Shown here piece after piece: positions 20,971-32,900 of a DNA stretch of 64,000 nt (position 1 is the stretch's first letter; each line of letters starts with the position of its first letter). The translations under genes and the position numbers were made by a program. The stretch is from a virus. The notes under the pieces are model-generated. The model had not been told where the DNA came from, searched no databases, and was given only the letters and a program-made list of their open reading frames with translations. Location: the IMG/VR virus record IMGVR_UViG_3300009182_000042, positions 1 through 64,000 of that record. One strand, written 5' to 3'.

Positions 20971-23900
20971 ATGGCAGAATATAAATTAGGTAGAATTAAG
21001 TTTGTATATCAAGGTACTTGGACAGGTAGCAGTACCTATGTGGTAGACGACGTGGTTTCGGTCGGCGGAAAAACTTATATTTGTATCGTAAGTAACACAT
21101 CATCAGCGGTATTTGCAACAGATTTAGCTTCCTCATATTGGAGTTTGGTTGCAGACGGTACTCGTTGGACTGGTACTTGGGCAAATGCTACTTATTATCA
21201 ATTAGGCGATCAGGTGTTGTACGGCGGTATTGTTTATCAAGCAACAACAGCTCACACCAGCGCCACTGCAACAGCCACTTTGACAGCTACTGGATTTACA
21301 GTTAGTGGCGGAACTGCCACACTGACTTATGCCAGCCAAGTGGTGCAACCATTCCTTGTTGGTGCAACTATTACTCTTGCTGGATTTACTCCAACACAGA
21401 CTAGTGGTACAGTTAATACCGTCAACACAACATTTACAGTTGTTACTTGTACTACAACACAAGTTACATTTGCATTGACTGGCACATACACAGTATCGGT
21501 TCTGGGCACTGTGGCAGGAGCAAGCCAATTAGGATTAGAACTTAATCAAGCCAACTGGACAGCATTTGCCAGTAATATCAATTATCTAAGCACATGGTCT
21601 GTCAACACACGATACAAAGTCAACGACCTAGTTACATACGGTGGTTATACATATATTGCTACCACTGCACATGTGTCAGCAAACACAACAGCACTGGGTC
21701 TTGAACAAGATCAAGCCAAGTGGTCAACATTTAATCCAGGTCTAAGTTATCAAGGAGCCTGGAGCGGAAGTAGTGTAAAATATCGTTTGAATGATATTGT
21801 AAAATACGGAGCCAGCTTGTTTATTTGTACAACAGCTCACGTGTCAAGTGCAACATTTAGTACTAGTAATTTTGCCACATTCGTAAACGGACTTCAATAT
21901 GTTCCAGGCGGTAGCAATGCATGGTCAAGTGCGACAACATATGTAACTGGTGATATTGTCACATACGGTGGTAATTTATATGTTGCTTCACAGATTGCAA
22001 GTAATCAAAATCCAACAACTGCAACCACTTATTGGAATTTATACACAGGCGGATTCAGTTATCAGGGTGCATGGACTGGAGTAACCAGTTACAAAATCGG
22101 CCAGGTAGTAAATCTTGGTGGCTATACATATCTAGCTTTGGCAGACAACACTCAAAATGTATTGACTTTGACAGGTACAACAGTAACAACAAACATTATT
22201 ACCTTGAGTGCATCAACAACTGCTTTAGTTGCCAATTTACCAGTTGTATTTGCATCAACAGTCGGCGGACTCACCGGCAGCCAAACTTATTATGTTATCG
22301 GTTCAAGCATTACAGCCAACACATTCCAGGTAGCTTCTATATCCGGTGGTGTTTCACCGGTAACCTTATCAACTACAACAGGGCAAAGTGTTTCGGTAAC
22401 AACTCAGCCTCAACCACCATTTGCTACTTACTGGTCTCGTTTGAATTCTGGTATAAGATACAATCCCACTACCGGTACATATAATGCCGTATCAGCAACC
22501 AATGTGACCGGTACTGGCACTAGTGCAACATTTAACGTTACTGCTAGTAAAACAACTTACAGTGTTACCCTTGCAAGCGGCGGCTCAGGTTACAGTTCTA
22601 CCGGCGGATCAAATACAATTAAAATTGTAGGTACCAGTTTGGGCGGATTGAGCCCAGCTAACGACATCACCATAACAATTACCGGCCAGTCTTCGGGTGC
22701 AATTACAACATTTACTTCTGTAGGCTATGCAGTTACTTGGAGTACAGCAGTTTCTTATGTGTTAGGCGATGTGGTATATTTTGGATCTAATAGTTATATC
22801 TGTGTGTCAGGACACGTGAGTGCATCGGGTAATAAACCAGATGCTGATACTGTTGGTGCCTATTGGAATTTATTGGCAGCAGGTAACGAATCCGCTGTGT
22901 TAACTGTCACAGGCGACTTGTTCTATTATGGTTCTACTGGACCTACACGATTGCCAATTGGCACTGATGGACAAGTGTTACGTGTGAATTCAAATACTCC
23001 AAGTTGGGCTTACTACGGACAAATCAACAATATTGTGTATGTGTCCAGCGCCACAGGTGTAGATACATTGGCAACAAGTCAAGGAACAACTTTAGACAAA
23101 CCTTGGAGAACCATACAGTTTGCTTGCCAGCAGGTAGAAAATGGTTACTTGAATTTAAATTTAGGTAATTTGATTCAAATCAACAAGCAGTTCTTGTTGA
23201 AAGAAGTTAATAATTTTGTTCTTTACAATTACACATTCAACATCACAGCAACAACAACATCAACCAACTTGATAACAGTTGGCGGATCCAGCACAATTGC
23301 ACAGACCACAACTACTAATTTGTATAGTAACATGCCCGTTGTGTTTAACGTGACAGCGGGTGGATTGACTGCTGGTACCACATATTATGTGATTGGGTCC
23401 AGCATTACTTCTACACAGTTTCAAGTGGCCACCAACCCCAGCACATCTGGCGCTCAAACAGCAGTGACTTTATCAACAACCAGCACAGCCAATTTGGGTC
23501 AATATGTTTACAGTCAGTCTAAAACTGAAAGAGATACAGGATTTATTGTTGACGGAATAATTTTTGATATTACACACACTGGTAATAGCAAGACTATTGC
23601 CAATGCATTGACTTATTTCAATAGTGCTGGTACTGGCTATACATCCGGAGTATTGGCATATGATATCAGCCCGTTTGTCAAGGCATTGAATTATCTAAGT
23701 ACCTTGATAACATCAAATGTTGGTGCAAATACTGCTCCTGGTACAAATTATCAAACCACAATCAGCTCAGCAGTTACAGTAACTGGTGCTAGCGGTACTG
23801 GTGCAATAGCAACAATCACATTTTCTGCACAAAGTTATGCTTATAATGTGGGAAGTCAGATAACAGTAGCCAGCGTCAGTCCAGCTGGATATAATGGAAC

Positions 23901-26900
23901 TTATGTGGTACTAAGCAGTACAACCACAAGTGTCAGTTATGCCAACACCACAACTGCCAGCTATATCAGTGGCGGTACTGTGAACTACACAAGAGCTACT
24001 CAGCAAATCAATACTACATACACAGCAGAAGCGGCAGCGTTGACCAGAATTCCAGTATTAGTTGGATTGGTAACAGCGCCATTGAGTTTAGGAAATACAA
24101 CTCCAATAACTGGTATCCTTGCAAATGCAACTACAACCATATCAGTTAAAACAGGAACTTATAACGAAGTATTACCAATCGTGGTACCGTCATACACAGT
24201 GGTGTATGGAGATGAATTGAGATCATCAACTGTACAACCAGCTGTAGCTAATATCACGCTGGCTAACGACAAACCAAAAACTATTGTGGCATTGACTCGT
24301 CTACAGACACAACTTGGCAATTTGCTACAAAACACAAGTATAACAGGTTCAACAGGTAACACACAATATCTGTCAGTATCAGCTTCAACTGGCGCTGCCA
24401 GTGTTGCAACATTGACATTTGCCGCACAAACAACTGCACCATTTAGTGTTGGTCAGTATATCACAGTGAGTGGTTTTACAAGTTCAGCCGCAGGCTACAA
24501 CGGCAGTTATGCAGTAACAGCATGCACCACTACAACTGTAAGTTATGCCAACGCAACAACAGCTTCAACATCTGGATCGCCTATTGTTAGCGGACAAAAT
24601 ACTCAGTTGTCAGTAGCTGATGTGGGAAGTTCTACAGCAGTTAATACAATCAATACATTTACCAGCAGTATCAATAACATGATCTTTAACGGAATTGCAC
24701 AAGTTCCTGCGATTAGTATTACAACTGTTACTGGATACAATAGTTCATTCTTACCAGGCCATAGCACAGGTGTTACACAGATTACCAGCAACTATGGATT
24801 TATTAAAGCTGAATTGACAGCATTCATGAATACCAACTATAGTAGTGTCTGGTCAAGTCTAGGAGTTGCTGGTCAACAAATATATCTATTGCAAATTCAA
24901 TATATTCTGGACGGTATGCAATATGATATGGCTTACGGTTGTAACAATCAAAGTATAATTAACGGCAGCTCATACTACAGTTTAAATATTAATCAAATTC
25001 CTTTGGTTAATCAGCCAGCATATCTTGCAACGTTCCAAAGATTACAAGCCATCGTTGGACAAATTGTACGAGCTCAAAGTGTTGCCGCAACAGCTGGTAA
25101 CGGTGCGACCCAGACAACAGGTTCAGATGCAGGCGTAGCACCAGCCGCATTTGCTTCAGCACGTATTGCTGATGTAATTTATTGGTTCACCAACGGTAAT
25201 GCAAACTCAACAGTTAATACTATTACCGGCAGTATCAGCGGTACTACATTAACTGTAAGCTCACAAACTAGTGCAGTTGCACCGGGCACATTACTAACAG
25301 GAACTGGTATCAATGGCATGTACATTGTTAACCAAATATCCAGCAGTGCTGGCGCCCAAGCTGCCACAACATACAGCAGTGGCGGTGGCAATGGTACAAG
25401 CACATTTGTTGTTGCCAGCGCAACCGGTATTGCCGCAGGTCAATTTATTACTGGTACTGGTATTCCAGCAGGAACATATGTGGCTTCAACATATAGTTCC
25501 GGTAGTACCACAGTGCCTATTGCAAACTATTTTGGTTCACCGGTAACATTTACACTCCAAGCTAGCGGTGCATATTTGTTCTACCCAGCAAATACCGCTG
25601 GTACATATACTCTAAGCATTACTGGTGGCACAGGCACAGCATTTACATCATTGTCAACCTTTACACCAGTCAATAGCGGTGCATACACACTGGTTGGTTC
25701 CAATGCATTACAACTTGCCTACACACAATTACAAGCAAGAGCAACAGAGATTGCTTCGGATACTCAAGTATTTGTTGCAAAATACAATCAACAATACAAC
25801 ATAAGCGCAACATTAACAAGCCGCGATGCGGGATTGATTGTGAACGCCCTAAGTTTTGATGTGTTGTTTACAACCAACTTTAACACCATTGCAGTTGGCC
25901 GTGCATTCAACAGATCAAACACCAGCGCCCAAGCAGTTGTTAATAATGTCAACAATCAACTTTATGCAACAACAGCCGCTATAAATTTTATTGGTTTCAA
26001 AGCCAAAATGATAGCTGCCGCTGGAGGACAAGTTCAGGCACAGACATTGATTGATGATATTATCTATAGAATTAATGGCCAAGCAACTACGACCTTGACA
26101 ACAGCGACAGTTAGTACCAATGTGTTGACAGCATCCAGCACCAGTGCAATGGCAGTTAACCAACCAGTATCATTCACCAACTTGCCAGCCAATATTAACA
26201 CAACTGTAACTTCAACGCTGGCAGCATTTGCAGGATCAATTACTGCAACTGCAACTGTGGCATTGACTGGAGTTGGTACAATTACAAGTAATGGTGGCGG
26301 TAGCTTTACGTTTGGTACTGCACAATCAGCAGGTACATTTTATGTGGGACAAGTACTAACACCAACTGGATCATTGAGCGGTATAACATGGACTGGCTAC
26401 ACAGCCGGTACCAGCTATGTTGTTAGTGTTACCAACGGTACAAGCACTGTTACGTTGACCACGGTGACTGGCAACGTGCTGACTGTCACACAAGGTACAG
26501 CATCTGGCATCACATTCAACACATATCTGGCCACAATAACCACAACGGGTCTAGTTATTGGATCTGCAATAGCATTATCAAGTACTGGTTTTGGTGGATT
26601 AACCACAGCCACTACATACTATGTTATTGGTTTTGGCCCCACAGCAAGTGCATCATGTGCATTGAGTGCAACAGCAGGCGGCAACAGCGTGGCGTTGTCA
26701 AATGGTTCTGGCACAATGATTGCACAGACTACTACAAATTTACTAAATCTAACTGGTTATGTGGGAACGCTGGGTATCACAGTAGGACAACAATGTTATT
26801 TCAGTGGAGGTACCTACGCAGGAATATCTCCTTATCAGTTGTATTACATCGTCAGTGCAAGCGGAACTGGTATTACTGTAAGTACAACATCGGGTGGCTC

Positions 26901-29900
26901 ATCAGTTACAATAAGCACTGTTTCAAGCGGTAGTATGACACTGACTGTGAATGCCGCTGGCGGAATTTGGGCAAACAATCAGTATTATATCAATACAATA
27001 CCAAGCTCTACCACATTCACTATTACCAATAGTTACAAGAGCGGTACAGCCTATACAATCACCAACACAGCCAGCAGTATGACTGCCACGGCAACATTTG
27101 GTCCTACTGCTACTGTGTTGTATTACAACAGTCCTATGATACATGGTAGTGTAACGTACAATGGCACACTGACCACAGTCAATGCCGCTGAGATTATTCG
27201 TGCCAACGTTGGATTTTTAAGTGCAGAAGCAACTGCATATGTGGCTGCCAGTTATGGCGGTTCAATTTCAAGCACAGCCGCAACAACAAACTTGATAACA
27301 ACTTCGGGCAATCACAACTTTACAGTTGGTGATCCTGTACAATTTAGTGGAAGTGTAGTTGGCGGGCTTAGTGCGGCAACAACTTATTATGTGTTGACTG
27401 TAAACAGCAACACAACATTCACAGTGTCGTTGACTCAAGTAAGCCAAGGTACACAAACGGCAGTGGCGCTAACAAATACAAGTAGTGCGTTCACTGTAAC
27501 TTATTTTAACACAGCACAAAGTTATATCACTTCATTCTTAAATGGAATGATCTACGACTTGCAATATACTGGAAACAGTAGAAGTTTGAGAGCTGTAGAG
27601 CTCTACAACAATGCTGTTGGTAGCTCCACTATCAGTAACATGTTCTTGGTACGTAATGGATCTGGACTTCGAAACATGACTTTGTCAGGTATTACAGGTA
27701 CCTTGAGTGCGGCAAATGCCTATGGTACAAAACGTCCAACAGGCGGTGCTTATACAAGCCTTGATCCAGGCTTTGGACCTAACGATACCAGTGTTCAAAT
27801 ATTGACACGCAGTACCTATGTACAAAATTGTACCATGTTTGGTTATGCCTGCGTGGGTGCAAAAGTTGACGGAGCACTGCATAGTGCGGGCAATAAGTCT
27901 ATTGTTTCTAACGATTATACTTGCGTTATCGGTGATGGTATTGGTTGGTGGAATACTGGCACTGGGTCTCTAGCAGAACTTGTTTCAGTTTTTAACTACT
28001 ACAGCTATTCAGGCTATCTAGCTGAGCTAGGTGGACGCATCCGTGCTACAAACGGTAACAGTTCTTATGGCACATACGGTGTGCTTGCCGAAGGTACTGA
28101 CACATTTGAAACTCCAATATATGCCAATTTAAATAACAGAGCGGCTGCCGCCACGATAACCACTGTGGTAACTGACAGCACTACACAGATTCTACGATTT
28201 GAATATGGTAATGCCGGTATCAACTATACAAATTCTGTTCCTACAGTTAACGGATCTGGTTACAACGCAGTGGCTTTCCAAGATGAATTCCGTGATGCCG
28301 CAGTATTTGAAACAAGATTGATTGATCCAAACAACACAGGATTAACTGGCGGAACAAGTTATGTGTCAGCAGTTAATGTGGGACAAACCAACGCCAACGG
28401 CGTGGGTTATCAACTGATTGCGGCTGCCGACACTGCACTAACTGGCGGGTATAATGGCATGAAGGTACAGATAACAGCTGGTACTGGTGTTGGACAAGTT
28501 GCTAATATTTTGGCTTTCAACAATGCCAGCAAATATGCACAAATTATTCGTCCAACATTTGCTACACTACCAGTGACAGCAAGTACAAATGCAACTGCCG
28601 CATCCAGCAGTAGTGCTTTCATAGCAACATATGCAGGAAGATATCCAACGCTGGTAGCACCTGTCATGGGATCAGGCTCTTATGTGGCCGGTATGTATCT
28701 AACTAGTAGCGGTACAGTCACAGCTGGTACATATATCACAGCAATCAACACTGGATCAATCACTAGTGCATCAATAGCCAGTTCAACATTTAGTTCAACT
28801 GGATCAATTGGCGCAAGTATTACCGGTGCTGGTACAGCAGCCAATCCATGGATAGCAACCATCACAGGTATGAGTAGCACCAGCAGTTTTGTAGTTGGTG
28901 CCCAGATCACTGCTACAAATGGTACAGGTACATTATACGGTAGCACTCCAACCAGTGTAATTGTAGCAAGTGTTCCAAGCACAACCAGTATCACATACAG
29001 CGTGATCGGCGGCACAATTCCCACAACAGGAACTGTTACCAACATTCAACAGACCATGTTGTCAGGCTCTGCATTTGCCAACTTGTTACCAGGTATGGTA
29101 CTAAGTGGTGGTAGTGTGATTGCTAGTTATGTTGCAGGACAGGTAACAGCTACTGGAACTGCACTGGCTACTGCCACAATGACTGGAACTATCAGTACAA
29201 ACACATTGACTCTAGCAACATTCACAGTTGGCTCAATTTACACAGTACAAGTTGGGCAATATGTTGCTCAAATTAGCGGAATACCAGCGGGCACATACAT
29301 AACCGCAGTGAACCCAGCAACTGGAGTGATAACAATTAACACAACATTGTATGGTGCAGTCAGTGGTAGCAACAGTACTTACACCGCAGGTGGTGCAGGC
29401 ACATATGCATTAACAGCTAACAGCTTTACAACAGTTACCGGCGCACCAACAACAGGTACTCAATATTTGTTGAATACTGCGCAGACTCAGATAGCCGCTA
29501 CTGTTACAGGCACACAGAACACATTAACTGTGGCCAGCAACGCATCGTTGTATAACACAATGCCGTTGTATCTTGGTACAGCAGTTGCACCGTTGAGTGG
29601 TGTTGCTATTTCGGCAACTGGAGCAATTTCATTTACCTCAACTACAACAGCACTACCAGCTAATACTCAAGTGGTTATTTCTGGTGCTAACGTTGGAACA
29701 GGCATAGTGGCGACAGGAACATTCTTTGTGGCTGCAAGCCCATCGCCAACAACAACTGGTGTAACATTATTAACTGCACTTTCTGGTGGTACAACTATCA
29801 GTACAACAGCAGGTACAGTGGTAACTAGCGGTAACTTATCCAGTGTCAATATTGGTTCAAGTGGTAACTTGACATTTACAGCATTAGGCGCGGCACTACC

Positions 29901-32900
29901 AGCAGGAACACCAGTTGTAATTAGTGGATCAAACGGTGGTGGTGGTACAATTGCCAACGGTACATACTATGTTGCTGTGACACCAACACCAACTTCAAGT
30001 GCAATAACATTGGTTACCACAAGCGGCGGCTCAACAAGCCCAACCACAACATCTGGTACTCCAAGCGGTTTGACATTTGCGTTTAGTTTGGTTAATCCAT
30101 TGACATTCACCTACACATTAACAGCACCGTTTGGATTATCTTCGTTTAGTGTGTACTACGTGAACGGCATCACCAACTCAAATGGCGCTGCCAGCACAAC
30201 ATTTAGTGTGACAACTACTGCATCTGGAACATCTCCAGTGGCAGTAAATTCTATTACAGGACAAAACGTGTCGCTGTATGCGGCTGGATGGGACCATGTG
30301 GTTCCAGGTAGTGTTATCAATAACACTACTGATTTGACATCAGCATACATTATAGAACCATCAATCAGCTATACAGGTCCAGGTTACACAGGCGTAGCAA
30401 GATCATTGGCAACCAGTGCCAGTTATGTGGGCGTTGCTTACGGTTCTGGAAACTATGTTGCTGTATCAACGGGCGCTACCACTACACAATATAGCACAAC
30501 TGGTCGTGCATGGGCCAACGGCGGCGCATTACCAAGTGCAACATCTTGGAATGCTGTAACATATGGCGGAGGCCAAGGCGCACAAGCCACAGTTACAGTT
30601 GGTGGTTTTGGCGGAAGCGGTGCAGTATTAACAGCAGTTGTGGTGGGCGGCCAAGTAACAGGCATTACTATTGTCAACGGTGGCTTCAACTATAACACAG
30701 TTCCAACAATCACCATTACTCCAGTCAGCGGAGGATCAGGTGCTTCGGCAATCTGTACAGTTCTAAATGGTACTATCACTACAGCTACCATGGTTATTAA
30801 TGGTTCTGGTTATGCTAGTGGTGCTACAGTTGCAGTGGTTACCAGTGCAGTTTCCGCAGTTACCACTGTCACACGAGGACAAAATTACGGATACAACAGC
30901 ACAACTCCATCTGTTACATTAAGTGCTCCATTTAGCGGCACAGTATGGAGCAGTGGTGGTAGTGGCACAAGTGGTAGTTACTACTATTTTGTGAATACTG
31001 GTGTAACTCCTAACGTAACCAACTACTATCAGGCCACAAGTACAGGTACATTTACCACAAGCGGCCCAACACATACCACCGGTACAGTGGCCAACAACAC
31101 AGTAAACTTGTTGTATGTGGGTACACAAGCCACAGTAACACCTACATTAACCAATAATGGTATCAGCAGTTATACAGTAACCGTAGCTGGATTTGGATAT
31201 TCAACTGTTCCTACAATTACTATTGCAGATTTGTCAGCAAGATTTGTGGCAATCAGCACAACAACAGCTGGTGCAAACGTGGCACCTACTGGAGTAGCAG
31301 GCGCATGGAATTCTATGACATTGCCAAGTGCAGGTTATAATGCAATTGCATATGGTCTAGGACAATATGTTGTAGTAGGCGGTACAGCCGGTGCAGGTAT
31401 TATAGCAAGCAGTAGCGATGGTATCAACTTCAATGCACGAACTGTTCCAGCAGGTGCATCAGCTCAGTATTTTAGTGCTGTGGCATACGGTTCTACAGGA
31501 ACAGGCGCATCTGGTAACACGTCAACTGGATTGTTTGTAGCCATACCTTTGTATGGTAACACACCTGTTACAAGTACAAACGGTACCACATGGGCGATTC
31601 CACAAACCGCAGGCGGATCCAATGTGACTTTGCCGGCTTCACTGGCATGGAGCGGGATTGCATATGGTAATGGTCGTTTTGTAGCAATTGCCAGCAATAG
31701 TTCTAGCATAGCTTACAGTCTTAACGGTGGCGGCGCTTGGAACTTGTCCACTGTTGCTGGAGGTTCTGGACTGCCAGGTGTTTACAGTTGGTCAAGTATT
31801 GCTTATGGTGAAGGTCAATTTGTGGCCATAGCCGCAAACAGTGCTGTAAGTGCTACCAGCTGGGACGGTATCAACTGGACTATACAGACATTACCAGCAA
31901 CACAAAACTGGAGCAGTGTGGCATTTGGTAACCCACTGGCCGCAACTATCGGATATAACCCGCTGTTTGTAGCAGTTGCAAATACTGCTGGAACATCTGC
32001 GGCTGTGATACATACTGGCGCAACGCCACAAGGCCGTGTCAAAGTAACTAGCAATGCAGTTAGTGAAATACGTGTGATTGAGCCAGGAAGTGGATTTGCA
32101 AAAGGTATTGTTACTGCAACAACCGCAACCACAAACGTTATCACAGCTGATAATATTGAAAACTTGTCAGCAAATCAACCAGTTGAGTTTAATACAGTAA
32201 GTGCAGGTGGGTTGGCTTTACAAACAACTTACTATGTGATTGGTTCCAGTATTACAACAACCTCAGCACCAGCCGGCACGTTCCAAGTGGCTACCACATC
32301 GGGTGGCACAGTACCAGTGACATTGACAACCACTTCACCAACCGGTATGACATACACAACTGGTCCTATAGTTACTATTACTGATCCAAACCGTATTAAT
32401 GCGGCATTGGTCAGAGTGCGTACAGGTGATGGAGTGCTTGGTAACCCTAGCTTTCCTAACAGAGGTGCTGCCAATGCAACTGCAACAGCAAACACAGTAG
32501 GTGACGGATATAGCGACATCTATCAGACCAGCACATTTATCAACATAAGCAATTTGTATACTTTACCAACTGCTGGTGCAAACGTGCAATTTGCATCAAT
32601 ATCAAATGTTTGGTACAAATTGGTTGCAGTGACAAACTTGTTGGGTATTCCAGGCAACTACACAGCCACATTCCAGATAAATCCAGGACTTAGCGTGTAT
32701 CTTGCTCCTACCACTGGTAATTTGATTACCACAAGATTGAAATACAGTCAGGTTCGCTTGACTGGACATGATTTCTTATATATCGGTACTGGAAACCAGA
32801 CACAGACAAATTATCCGTATGTCAATGTAAGTAGTGCAGTTTCTGCCAATCAAACATTGGGCAGTGTGGGTGGCCGTGTGTTCTTTACAAGTACAGACCA